From Candidatus Nanoclepta minutus (GTDB taxonomy: Archaea; Nanobdellota; Nanobdellia; Nanobdellales; Nanobdellaceae), in NCBI GenBank assembly GCA_003568775.1, contig MWMI01000004.1, positions 30,001-62,000 on the forward strand: a stretch of 32,000 nt of DNA, read 5' to 3'. The position numbers and the translations under genes are program-made. The notes below the pieces were generated by a model. It had not been told where the DNA came from. It was given only the letters and a program-made list of their open reading frames with translations, and made no database searches. Below, piece by piece: positions 7,611 to 16,157 of the stretch (positions are counted from its first letter, which is position 1; the number at the start of each line of letters is the position of its first letter).

Positions 7611-9320
7611 TTACTTATGTATAAATATAAAGTGATCTCCCTCCTTCTTGAGAAAGCCATATCTAACAGCCTGTATGATTTCCCCTTCCTTAACATCATC
7701 TAAATATTTTTCTCCCATTGCAAAAATCTCTTTGAATGGTTCTAATATCTTTATATTTCTGTAAGAACTTTCATACAACCAATGGACTATTTTAGCATTA
7801 ATTTTTCGAGCATCTTCCAAGCTATAACTAACTAAATTAGCTATAGCATAGTCTTCCTTAATCTCTACAACTTCTATATTGAAGGCATCCATAAGCCTCA
7901 AGTATCTATTTCCTAAAACATCTTTTCTCTCTAAGAAGAAAACATTAGATCTTATCTCATAGTATCTCTCCCCTAAATCTTCCGTCGGATGATTCCTAAT
8001 CTTTATATTGTAAGGTAGATCTATGCCTCTTACAAAAACCTTCATTGGTTCCTTTATTATAAAATACCTCTTAGCCTTCTTGTCTATAATCTCCCTATTA
8101 TAGGAATATATCCTCTCCCAATCAACGTATATATCAACTGGACTAACCCCTAGCTCAACTATATATCTCTTTATAGCAGCCGGCTGTATACCCCTCCTCC
8201 TAATAGCCTGTAAAGTTGCTAAGAATGGATAATCCCACCCAGATATCTTTCCTTCATCTATTAGCTTCTTAATCTCAGATTTATGCAACGGTACATCTTT
8301 TACAAGCAAGGCACCATAGCTCGTAACTTTTGGCATCTCCCAACCAAAATACTTGTATACATACTCTTGCTTTAACGTATTAACTTCATGCTCCTTCATC
8401 CTAAAAACATGAGTAACACCCATTAAATGATCGTCTATAACAACGGAGAAGTTATATGTCGGCCATAACCATATCCCTTCAGCATAGTTTTCACCATACT
8501 TATAAAGGAGCCATGGATGTAAATTATCCTTAGGATTAACTATTCTAAATGCTATCCAATCTCTAACAGATGGATTAGGATGAGATAGGTCTGTCTTTAC
8601 CCTTATAACTGCCTCCTCTTCATCATATTCTCCATTTAACATTTTCTCAAACTGTTCGAGATTCCATCCTATATCTTTATTCCTATGCTCGCATTCCTTC
8701 CCAACCCTTCTATTTCTGGATATGGTATCCTTGTCACATAGATCAACATATGCATAACCCATCTCTATCAGCTTTCTTATATAATTATAATATATATCAA
8801 GCCTCTCAGATTGTATATACATTTCCCTAACTTTATCTTCGATTAACCATTCTACATCATCCTTTATTTTTTCATATGCCTCTAATACTGGCTTTTTAAC
8901 CTTTGGATCCGTATCCTCTAACCTTAAGATAAACCTACCATTATACATCTTCGCATATTCGTAACTCAGTATTATCGCTCTAGCATGACCTATATGAAGA
9001 TAACCAGATGGATTTGGGGCAAACCTAGTAGCAACCTTCCCATTCTTTGCTCCTTCTAATAGAGGAAGTCCTTTTCTTTCTTCCTTTTTTATTTCCAATA
9101 ATTCTGGATACTTTTCCTCTAATATCCTTCTAGCTTCTTCTTTAGAAATCCCCTCAACTTCTTTGATAACCTTTGATATTTCTGGAATTATATTCTTTAT
9201 TTCCTTTTTTATATCCGGTAATTCTGCTACAAGCCTAGAAACTATGGAACCTAACTCTATCCTATCATATTTACTCCTAAGGTATATAGCCCACTTCCTA
9301 GCTAGCTCTATGTAATCCAT
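7611..9320 (-). CDS. gltX: Glutamyl-tRNA synthetase (archaeal type)
   Basis: RFAPNPSGYLHIGHARAIILSYEYAKMYNGRFILRLEDTDP is the class I HIGH region. 569 aa. Confidence 0.92.
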   Translation of the reverse strand: MDYIELARKWAIYLRSKYDRIELGSIVSRLVAELPDIKKEIKNIIPEISKVIKEVEGISKEEARRILEEKYPELLEIKKEERKGLPLLEGAKNGKVATRFAPNPSGYLHIGHARAIILSYEYAKMYNGRFILRLEDTDPKVKKPVLEAYEKIKDDVEWLIEDKVREMYIQSERLDIYYNYIRKLIEMGYAYVDLCDKDTISRNRRVGKECEHRNKDIGWNLEQFEKMLNGEYDEEEAVIRVKTDLSHPNPSVRDWIAFRIVNPKDNLHPWLLYKYGENYAEGIWLWPTYNFSVVIDDHLMGVTHVFRMKEHEVNTLKQEYVYKYFGWEMPKVTSYGALLVKDVPLHKSEIKKLIDEGKISGWDYPFLATLQAIRRRGIQPAAIKRYIVELGVSPVDIYVDWERIYSYNREIIDKKAKRYFIIKEPMKVFVRGIDLPYNIKIRNHPTEDLGERYYEIRSNVFFLERKDVLGNRYLRLMDAFNIEVVEIKEDYAIANLVSYSLEDARKINAKIVHWLYESSYRNIKILEPFKEIFAMGEKYLDDVKEGEIIQAVRYGFLKKEGDHFIFIHK

Positions 9321-9526
9321 TAGAACAACTTAATTGCCCAAATACCTTCCTTTAAATTCTTTTCCCTCGCTATCTGAGATCTCTCAGAATTTATTATAAT
9401 CACAAAACCTGCATATTCCTCTACGAAATCGCTGGATCCACAGTAAGGACATTTTACTACATTATAAGGCAATATTGCCTTACAGTTCCTACAAACTTTC
9501 CTATTAATAGTCCTTTTCTTTGGCAT
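9320..9526 (-). CDS. spt4: Transcription elongation factor Spt4 (RpoE'')
   Basis: CRNC...CPYCGS zinc ribbon followed by EEYAGFVIIINSERSQIA...GIWAIK. It lies directly downstream of rpo7, the conserved pairing. Confidence 0.85.
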   Translation of the reverse strand: MPKKRTINRKVCRNCKAILPYNVVKCPYCGSSDFVEEYAGFVIIINSERSQIAREKNLKEGIWAIKLF

Positions 9527-10068
9527 TATTTCTTAGCAGTACTTTTTTCTAGCCATTCTATTTTTCCAAGTCCAGGCTGCTTCATTGTTAATGCCACTTT
9601 AAGGCTAAGTATATCCTTATAACTAACGGAAATAACCCTTGCCTTAACCAAATCCTTCAATTTCAATACATTTTTCGTTTTCTTACCTACTATAGCCTCC
9701 TTTCCGCTTATGGTTACTTCATCGTCCATAATCTGTGAAACATGAACCAATCCGTCTAAGGGTCCTATATTGATGAAGGCCCCGAACTCTGTAATATTTG
9801 ATACTATTCCATAAAGTATTTCATTTATTTCTGGTTTAAATGTAATTGCAGTAAACCTAACCCTATAGTATATACCACCATCTTCAGGAACGATAACTCC
9901 CAGATCTATTTCCTTTATATCTTTAATTGTAATTATCATCCCTATCTCCTTTTTTGATAAAGCTGTATAGGATGATATGAGGATGTTTCTTATTGCCTCC
10001 TCCTCATCTTCTTCTAATGCTACAGGTGGTACCCTCACTATATCCTCTATTTCTACTTCGTAAAACAT
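9526..10068 (-). CDS. rpoE: DNA-directed RNA polymerase subunit E' (Rpo7)
   Basis: N-terminal MFYEVEIEDIVRVPP, and a C-terminal S1 domain (GIVSNITEFGAFINIGPLDGLVHVSQIMDD). Confidence 0.9.
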   Translation of the reverse strand: MFYEVEIEDIVRVPPVALEEDEEEAIRNILISSYTALSKKEIGMIITIKDIKEIDLGVIVPEDGGIYYRVRFTAITFKPEINEILYGIVSNITEFGAFINIGPLDGLVHVSQIMDDEVTISGKEAIVGKKTKNVLKLKDLVKARVISVSYKDILSLKVALTMKQPGLGKIEWLEKSTAKK

Positions 10069-10109
10069 TGTTTAAATTCTATTAAAAAATTTAAAAAGTA
10101 TAATATTCC

Positions 10110-11456
10110 ATGCTTCTGAAAGGGGAACTGAGGAAATTCTATGAAAACAATAGAGAAGTCGTTGAAGACATAGTTCAAATTTCCCAAAATAGGGAAGTTG
10201 GATATTTATTAGAAAATATGAAATTTGGTAATAGACCATCAGTTATAGAGAACACTGGTGATATATTCAACTTAATAGATAAAGGTGCTGTTTCGTTCCA
10301 TATATCTTTAGAAAGATGGTCCAACCCACTAATGCTAAAGGAAGTTAAGTCTAAGAGAGAAATGAACGATCTTAGAATAGGTTGGGACCTTATACTTGAT
10401 ATAGATTCTGAAAACATTGAAGTATCAAAGATAATAGCTAGAGAAATCCTAGATTTTTTGTTTGAAAAGGATATAAAGAAAGTCTATATAAAATATTCTG
10501 GAGGAAAAGGATTTCATATAGCCATACCATGGGAAACCTTTCCTGAAAGGATAGAATACACAAAAAAAGAAGATTTAGTAGAGGAAGAAACAAAAAACCT
10601 TTTTCCAGATTTAGCAAGAGAAATGGCATTATATATAATGGAAAAGACTAAAGAAAGATTAGAAAAAAGAGCTACATATAAATACCCAGAAATATTTGAA
10701 AAGATCGATAAAGATTCTATTTCTTCGCTTATAAAGATTGATACAATAGCTATATCTAATAGGCATTTAATTAGATGTTTATACTCGATAAACGAAAAGA
10801 CAGGAAGGATATCTATACCAATAGATGTAAGGAATATCGAAAAGTTCAATCCAAAATATGCTGAAATCAACAACTTCGTATATGAAGGCATACCTTTCCT
10901 AACAGAAGAGATTAAGGATGGATATAAGATAGAAAGGTTTCTTAGAGACGTAATAAACTGGAAGATAAATAACATGCTAGTATCTGGAAGAACTTTCATT
11001 GAAACAACAAGTATTGAAACACCTGAAGAAGAAAAAATAAAGAGAAAATTAAAAATAGAAAAAAATAAGTATAAGGGAAAAATCTCTGAAGATCTCTTTC
11101 CACCATGCATAAAAAATATACTTTCGGGTGTTTCAGATGGAAGAAAAAGATCTATTTTCATTTTAATAAACTTTTTAAAAAATATTGGATGGGAATTTGA
11201 CGAAATAAATAAAAAATTGATTGAATGGAATAATAAATTAGAAGATCCATTAAGAGAAAGATATATAGATTACCAAATTGAGTGGCATAAAAGGGCATAT
11301 TCAAAGGATAAGCAGTATCTCCCGCCAAACTGCGATAATGAGATGTACTATAAGGAAATAGGTGTCTGTCAACCAGATGAAGTATGCAAATATATAAAGA
11401 ATCCAATATTATATCCCTATAAAAAGCTGGGGCTGAAGAAAGAAAGTAAAAAATAA
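10110..11456 (+). CDS. DNA primase, single-chain fusion of a PriS catalytic module and a PriL C-terminal Fe-S-type module
   Basis: The PriS part has WDLILDIDSEN (DxD) and YSGGKGFHIAIPW. The C-terminal part has FPPCIKNIL...GRKRSIFILINFLKNIGW plus three further Cys (PPNCD, GVCQPDEVC), compatible with 4Fe-4S ligands. Confidence 0.8.
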   Translation: MLLKGELRKFYENNREVVEDIVQISQNREVGYLLENMKFGNRPSVIENTGDIFNLIDKGAVSFHISLERWSNPLMLKEVKSKREMNDLRIGWDLILDIDSENIEVSKIIAREILDFLFEKDIKKVYIKYSGGKGFHIAIPWETFPERIEYTKKEDLVEEETKNLFPDLAREMALYIMEKTKERLEKRATYKYPEIFEKIDKDSISSLIKIDTIAISNRHLIRCLYSINEKTGRISIPIDVRNIEKFNPKYAEINNFVYEGIPFLTEEIKDGYKIERFLRDVINWKINNMLVSGRTFIETTSIETPEEEKIKRKLKIEKNKYKGKISEDLFPPCIKNILSGVSDGRKRSIFILINFLKNIGWEFDEINKKLIEWNNKLEDPLRERYIDYQIEWHKRAYSKDKQYLPPNCDNEMYYKEIGVCQPDEVCKYIKNPILYPYKKLGLKKESKK

Positions 11457-11482
11457 ATTAACAAGAATACATGATTTTATAA

Positions 11483-11971
11483 ATGCCTGCACAGAGAATA
11501 GTAGATAATCTACAGTTCTCATATACGGGGATAATAGATTTTAAGAGATTTTATTCGGAGCTAAAAAACTTCTGGAAAATTAAGGATTACATATTCGTAG
11601 AAAAGAAACATGAAGAAAAAATAAATGAAGACGGAAGTAGAGCTATAAAACTAGAATGGGAATGTAATAAAGAAGTTACTGATTATGCAAAGTATATATT
11701 TTATTGTACTATTGAAGCAGAAAAAATAAAAATAATAAAAAAAGAAAACTTTGAATATGAGTATGCAGAAAATTTAAAGATTACAATAAATGGAGATTTA
11801 GATATAGATTATGATAAATATTTTGGTAATAAACCATTTGATGTATTTCTAAGGGTTTTATTTGAAAAGTATCTTGTTTCAGCTGAAGTTAAGGAACATA
11901 AAAAGAAAGTATCTGGTATAGCTGATGAGTTCCTAAACATAGCAAAAAACCTTACGGGATCCTATAAATAA
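11483..11971 (+). CDS. Hypothetical protein (member 1 of a coupled apparent-paralog pair)
   Basis: 162-aa ORF with normal Lys/Glu-rich composition. TAATG junction with the next gene. No family recognised. Confidence 0.6.
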   Translation: MPAQRIVDNLQFSYTGIIDFKRFYSELKNFWKIKDYIFVEKKHEEKINEDGSRAIKLEWECNKEVTDYAKYIFYCTIEAEKIKIIKKENFEYEYAENLKITINGDLDIDYDKYFGNKPFDVFLRVLFEKYLVSAEVKEHKKKVSGIADEFLNIAKNLTGSYK

Positions 11972-12489
11972 TGAAGGAAGATATATATAAGACAAAGGTT
12001 TCATTTAAGACAAAGTTTAATATAGGCGATTTTTATGAAAAATTTACAAAGTTTTTATCTAGTCTTGGATGGAACGGTGTTTTAGGTAAAGACTACTTTG
12101 AAACTTATCAGTATCATAGGATAACTCCCGAAGGGTTGGAGTTCTATGAAATTGTCTTCGAACTTACAAAAACCTTTCAACCAGAGGAACCGAAGGTAAC
12201 TTGGTATATGAAGATACCTATTAAAATAACTGGCTATGATAGAAGGACCTCCTTTGGAACAATTGAAATAGAGATAAATGGGTCTCATGAGATAGAAGAA
12301 AAAGAAGTAGAAATAAGAAATACTCCTGAAAAAATCCTTGCATTTATAGGATTTTCTAAAGATATTCTAAAGAAAAACTATGAAAAAACTAGAGTTAAGG
12401 GGGCAAAGAAAAGATCTATATCCAGTTTATCAAAAGAATGCGAGGATATAAAAAAATGGTTACACGAATACTTTAAAGCTTACTATTAA
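11971..12489 (+). CDS. Hypothetical protein (member 2 of a coupled apparent-paralog pair)
   Basis: 172-aa ORF. By eye its layout is collinear with the upstream ORF: IGDFYEKFTKFL vs IIDFKRFYSELKNFW, and IEIEINGSHEIE vs LKITINGDLDID. Confidence 0.6.
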   Translation: MKEDIYKTKVSFKTKFNIGDFYEKFTKFLSSLGWNGVLGKDYFETYQYHRITPEGLEFYEIVFELTKTFQPEEPKVTWYMKIPIKITGYDRRTSFGTIEIEINGSHEIEEKEVEIRNTPEKILAFIGFSKDILKKNYEKTRVKGAKKRSISSLSKECEDIKKWLHEYFKAYY

Positions 12490-12865
12490 GAATTTCTATA
12501 CCCAATTCTTGAGCTTTCTTTATTATTTCAATTCTTTTTCTTTTTCCAACCTCTGAAGCTATTACAGCAACTTCCTTTTCTTTATTTAGCCTCTCAAGTT
12601 CTTCTACATTGTGTACTATTACTGGTCTTTTTCCATTACCCAACAATCCCCTAACTTCCCTCGGAGAACCATAACCTACTTCAACCAGGGGCTGTTTTCC
12701 TTTCTCCTTAAATTTCATTTTGCTATGTATTCCTTTTGGTCTTCTCCAAGAATCCATCTTATTCCTTAACCTTAATTTAGTCCACCAATAAGGTCTTAAA
12801 TAATCTGGTTTTTCTCTTTTTATTCTCTTTCTAATTCTTAATAAGCTAAAAATATTTTTTCTCAT
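12473..12865 (-). CDS. rpl32e: 50S ribosomal protein L32e (eL32)
   Basis: WRRPKGIHSKMK...VEVGYGSPREVRG is an eL32 signature. Confidence 0.9.
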   Translation of the reverse strand: MRKNIFSLLRIRKRIKREKPDYLRPYWWTKLRLRNKMDSWRRPKGIHSKMKFKEKGKQPLVEVGYGSPREVRGLLGNGKRPVIVHNVEELERLNKEKEVAVIASEVGKRKRIEIIKKAQELGIEILNSKL

Positions 12866-12866
12866 C

Positions 12867-13406
12867 TTAAGGCTTTTGTATTATATATATTCCGTCCTGA
12901 AACTTTCTTGGATCCTTTTTTCCCACCTTCTTCTTGGCTAATGCCTCTAATAGTCCTGCAAAGTTTCCTGCCTTTTCAATATCATAACTCTCCACTATAA
13001 CAATATCACCCTCTATCCTAACCTTAACATCCTTCGGAATTTCTATCTCTCTATTCGCCCTCTCTCCTAAGAAGTTCTCTATTATGAACTTATCTCCCTG
13101 AATCTTCATCTTAAATGGGAAATGAATATAAACTGCTTTTAACTTGTATATAAAGCCCTTAGTAACACCTTCTATATCGTTTCTTATATGAGATGCTAAT
13201 GTATTCAAACTCCTTACCTCTCTCCTCGTAGCAAAATATGATTTTAAATGAAGCTTATTTTCCTTTAATTCAACTATTATTTTAGGGTTATCGATCTTCC
13301 TTAATTTTTCTCCTTTAGGTCCTTTTATTATTATCTTATCTTTTTCTAACCTTACTTGAACCTCTTTAGGTACTTCTATTGTATCTTCTATAGTATAATA
13401 CCTCAT
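12867..13406 (-). CDS. rpl6: 50S ribosomal protein L6 (uL6)
   Basis: Two-domain uL6 pattern (IEVPKEVQVRLEKDKIIIKGPKGE...YKLKAVYIHFPFKM). The position before L32e is conserved. Confidence 0.9.
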   Translation of the reverse strand: MRYYTIEDTIEVPKEVQVRLEKDKIIIKGPKGEKLRKIDNPKIIVELKENKLHLKSYFATRREVRSLNTLASHIRNDIEGVTKGFIYKLKAVYIHFPFKMKIQGDKFIIENFLGERANREIEIPKDVKVRIEGDIVIVESYDIEKAGNFAGLLEALAKKKVGKKDPRKFQDGIYIIQKP

Positions 13407-13430
13407 CTCTTATGTTGTAAAAGAAAATTT

Positions 13431-13964
13431 TTAAGGCTCTTCTACGATCCTTACATTATAGGCTTCCTTCAGGAACTCTATAACCTCCTCCTTAGTAGTT
13501 CTATGCCTACTGGGTATCTTAGATCTCTTAATCTTTCTATACATGACCCTGTAGCCTGGCCTCCTAACAGAAACGCATACATCCATACCATACATACCTA
13601 TCTCTGGATCATACTTCATGCCGGGTATCCAAACGTACTCCTTTATACCAAAGCTGAAGTTCCCATACTTATCAAACTGCTTTGTACTTATAGTATTATT
13701 AACAGCTTTTAATAACCATCTTAAAGCTTCTTCAGCTTCTTTTCCCCTTAAGGTAAGCTTAACACCAATTTCTAAACCAGGCCTTACCCCCCACTCTGGT
13801 ATTCTCTTCTTTCCTTTTGTTCTAACAGGCTTCTTGTTAGGAAACATTTTCATGATCAATTTTTCCGCCTTTTCTAAGGGTTCTCCAGCTTGTCCAACTC
13901 CTATGTTTATAGTAACTTTATCTATTACTATCCTTCTCATTGGATTTTTGTCTTTGTTTCCCAT
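13431..13964 (-). CDS. rpl5: 50S ribosomal protein L5 (uL5)
   Basis: NPMRRIVIDKVTINIGVG...FGIKEYVWIPGMKYDPEIGMYGMDVCV. Confidence 0.92.
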   Translation of the reverse strand: MGNKDKNPMRRIVIDKVTINIGVGQAGEPLEKAEKLIMKMFPNKKPVRTKGKKRIPEWGVRPGLEIGVKLTLRGKEAEEALRWLLKAVNNTISTKQFDKYGNFSFGIKEYVWIPGMKYDPEIGMYGMDVCVSVRRPGYRVMYRKIKRSKIPSRHRTTKEEVIEFLKEAYNVRIVEEP

Positions 13965-13965
13965 T

Positions 13966-14694
13966 TTATAATGTTATTAGAGGCTTATCTTTGCCTACAA
14001 CAATTGCAAATTCTGATAAAGTCTCCCTACTCTCTCCAGTCTCTAGATCTTCATAAACAATGAATCTTGTATGTCCAAAACTCTTCTTCAATACCTTAAC
14101 TTCCTTAATTCTACCCAATCTTCCTGCACTATTTCCCTTATAGAAGAAGACCAACATTCCAGGCTCCATACCTATTACTTTTTCTATTTTCCCATTAATT
14201 AAGTTTATAAATATAGAATCTTCAGTCTTTACGTTATTTTCATTGATAATGAAATTCCTCCCATCAAATCCAGTTATCTGGGTCTTTCCTCCCTTTATAT
14301 TTTGCTTTCTAATTATCCTTATTACTTTCTTTCCATACTCATCTTCTGGAATTTCAACCAACTTCAATTTTCCTTTTGGATCAACCGAAACCCTATAACA
14401 TTTGTTTATATCAACGATTTTCATAGTATCAAACAATCCAACTGGATAGTTAATATCCCTAACTTTCTTTCCATTAACTTCAACAGAACCTTTAGATAGT
14501 ATATACCTTAGCTCCCTTTTATTCTTAACTAACTTTAAGTAATCCCTCAACCATAAAAGTATAGGCATACAGAGCTCAAACGGTATTCCAGTAGTAATTG
14601 GTCTTGCTACCCAATAGGATCCCTTTCTATATATCGGCCAGGTTTTCGGTGCTGATATTCTTCTCAAATGTCTCTTTCCACCTATATGTGCCAT
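13966..14694 (-). CDS. rps4e: 30S ribosomal protein S4e (eS4)
   Basis: GGKRHLRRISAPKTWPI...YWVARP... and a KOW-like C-terminal half. 242 aa. Confidence 0.92.
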   Translation of the reverse strand: MAHIGGKRHLRRISAPKTWPIYRKGSYWVARPITTGIPFELCMPILLWLRDYLKLVKNKRELRYILSKGSVEVNGKKVRDINYPVGLFDTMKIVDINKCYRVSVDPKGKLKLVEIPEDEYGKKVIRIIRKQNIKGGKTQITGFDGRNFIINENNVKTEDSIFINLINGKIEKVIGMEPGMLVFFYKGNSAGRLGRIKEVKVLKKSFGHTRFIVYEDLETGESRETLSEFAIVVGKDKPLITL

Positions 14695-14695
14695 T

Positions 14696-15193
14696 TTATA
14701 TATTTCTTCCTATATCAATAGCCTTTTTGACATCTTCTTGGCCAACAGAAAATTTCTTTATTATCTCATCTACTCTCTCCCTATCCTTAACTTTCCTAAT
14801 CAACGCTTCTATTCTCAACTTATCAGTAAGGTTTAACTTGAGGATCATTAACTTAGAATGGTGAATAGGATAATAAATCTCTTTTCCTGTCTTTGAGTTA
14901 TATTTTGCATTTTCTACAAACACCCTATACCTCTTCGCATCAACCTTTACAACCAAACCTTCTGTACCTCTAAACTTTCCCCTTAGTATCCTTACATAGT
15001 CCCCAACCCTTATCGGGAAACTCTTTATTCTTAATATTTTCCTTATTTCTTCACTAAGAGTGGAGCACATAATTTTCCTCCTTATATGGATTGGAGCATT
15101 AATCAAATACTTCCTCTGTTTTCTTGGCTGTTTAGATTTCTTCCAACCTTTATACCAATTATCGTATTTTATATTTTTGAATTCCAATACCAT
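14696..15193 (-). CDS. rpl24: 50S ribosomal protein L24 (uL24) with N- and C-terminal extensions
   Basis: SKQPRKQRKYLINAPIHIRRKIMCSTLS...PIRVGDYVRILRGKFRGTEGLVVKV (KOW). At 165 aa it is longer than the roughly 120 aa I expect for archaeal uL24. Confidence 0.88.
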   Translation of the reverse strand: MVLEFKNIKYDNWYKGWKKSKQPRKQRKYLINAPIHIRRKIMCSTLSEEIRKILRIKSFPIRVGDYVRILRGKFRGTEGLVVKVDAKRYRVFVENAKYNSKTGKEIYYPIHHSKLMILKLNLTDKLRIEALIRKVKDRERVDEIIKKFSVGQEDVKKAIDIGRNI

Positions 15194-15594
15194 TATACGA
15201 TTATACTTGCGATTTTTCCAACTTCAGGCCATCTTTCAACTACCTCTCTTGCTACAGGGCCCCTTATAATAGTTCCAGCTAAAGTTCCCTTTTCATCTTT
15301 AACTAACACACATGCGTTATCCTCAAACTTTATTCTGACTCCATCAGGTCTCCTATATTCCTTTCTCTGTCTTATTATAATTGCCTTCATTACTTTTCCT
15401 ACTAAGCTTATATCCCCCTCCTTGACCGTAACAACTACTAAGTCCCCTATTCCTGCCTTTGATAACCTCCTCTTAACCCCTTTATATCCTATTACCTGAA
15501 TGATCTGAACTAACTTTGCTTTAGAATTATCCGCTACTTTGAGATAACTTCCCGTATTTAGTGCCCTAACAACCTTTGCAGATATTGCCTTCAT
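15193..15594 (-). CDS. rpl14: 50S ribosomal protein L14 (uL14)
   Basis: LKVADNSKAKLVQIIQV...GDLVVVTVKEG...IRFEDNACVLV-type pattern. 133 aa. Confidence 0.92.
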   Translation of the reverse strand: MKAISAKVVRALNTGSYLKVADNSKAKLVQIIQVIGYKGVKRRLSKAGIGDLVVVTVKEGDISLVGKVMKAIIIRQRKEYRRPDGVRIKFEDNACVLVKDEKGTLAGTIIRGPVAREVVERWPEVGKIASIIV

Positions 15595-15929
15595 TTTTTA
15601 GATAAAACAACAAAATGAACTGTCTTAGAAAGTGGCCTAGTTTCCCCAATTATTACGTTATCTCCTGGTTTTATGTTAGATAAGCATTCTGGTACGTATG
15701 CTAAAATCCTACTTATCCTCTTTTCATATCTTTCATATTTCGTTAAATAAACGTATCTTTCTATTTCTACTTTAGCTATTTTACGAGAATACTTCAAAAC
15801 CTTTCCCTCAAATATAAATCCATGTATCCTAACTTTACCATGCCAAGGACATTTTTCTTCATTACATGTCCTTTCCGGTGGCGCTATGTCCTCTATACCT
15901 ATGTTTTTAACATAAGTCATCATTTTCAA
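15591..15929 (-). CDS. rps17: 30S ribosomal protein S17 (uS17)
   Basis: CPWHGKVRIHGFIFEGKVLK...GDNVIIGETRPLSKTVHFVV. The track start at 15929 is a TTG codon; the first ATG is at 15923, so the true start may be 15923. Confidence 0.9.
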   Translation of the reverse strand: MKMMTYVKNIGIEDIAPPERTCNEEKCPWHGKVRIHGFIFEGKVLKYSRKIAKVEIERYVYLTKYERYEKRISRILAYVPECLSNIKPGDNVIIGETRPLSKTVHFVVLSKK

Positions 15930-15936
15930 AAAATGA

Positions 15937-15970
15937 GGGATTATATTTATAAATTATGAAGAATAATCCC
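15937..15970. repeat. Perfect 8-bp inverted repeat (GGGATTAT / ATAATCCC) with an 18-nt AT-rich spacer in the S17-5S divergent region
   Basis: gggattat at 15937-15944 and ataatccc at 15963-15970. The spacer contains tatttataaatta. Confidence 0.6.
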
Positions 15971-16003
15971 ATTGCTGAAACGTGATGAGAGATGGGCGTG
16001 CAG

Positions 16004-16011
16004 ATTTATAA
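16004..16011 (+). promoter_or_regulatory. Candidate TATA box for the 5S rRNA gene
   Basis: atttataa lies about 30 nt upstream of the first paired base of 5S helix I. Confidence 0.3.
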
Positions 16012-16036
16012 GCTTATCATTATCAATAATAATAAG

Positions 16037-16157
16037 GGTAGGGCGGCCAAAGTGGCCGGGAAACACCCGTTCCCATTTCGAACACGGAAGTTAAGCCGGC
16101 CCACGTCCGCAGGAGTACTGGCGAAGGCCGGGAAACTGCGGAAGCTGCCCGCCCTAT
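16037..16157 (+). rRNA. rrf: 5S ribosomal RNA (stand-alone gene)
   Basis: GC-rich island with the conserved CCCATTTCGAACACGGAAGTTAAGCC core. Terminal helix TAGGGCGG pairs with CCGCCCTA. About 120 nt; ends uncertain by a few nt. Confidence 0.93.

Noticed and set aside
10175-11406. Four minus-strand ORFs (80, 63, 215 and 82 aa) inside the primase gene
   Set aside because: They are antisense shadows of a Lys/Glu-rich gene. Their Ser/Phe/Leu/Ile-rich low-complexity translations have no motifs, and the + strand ORF has clear primase signatures.
15975-15990. C/D-box-like motifs (CTGA at 15975-15978, GTGATGA at 15983-15989) upstream of the 5S gene
   Set aside because: The order is wrong for a + strand C/D sRNA, because the D box precedes the C box. 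No matching D box lies 50-70 nt downstream outside the 5S gene, and no terminal stem is present. This is most likely coincidence.
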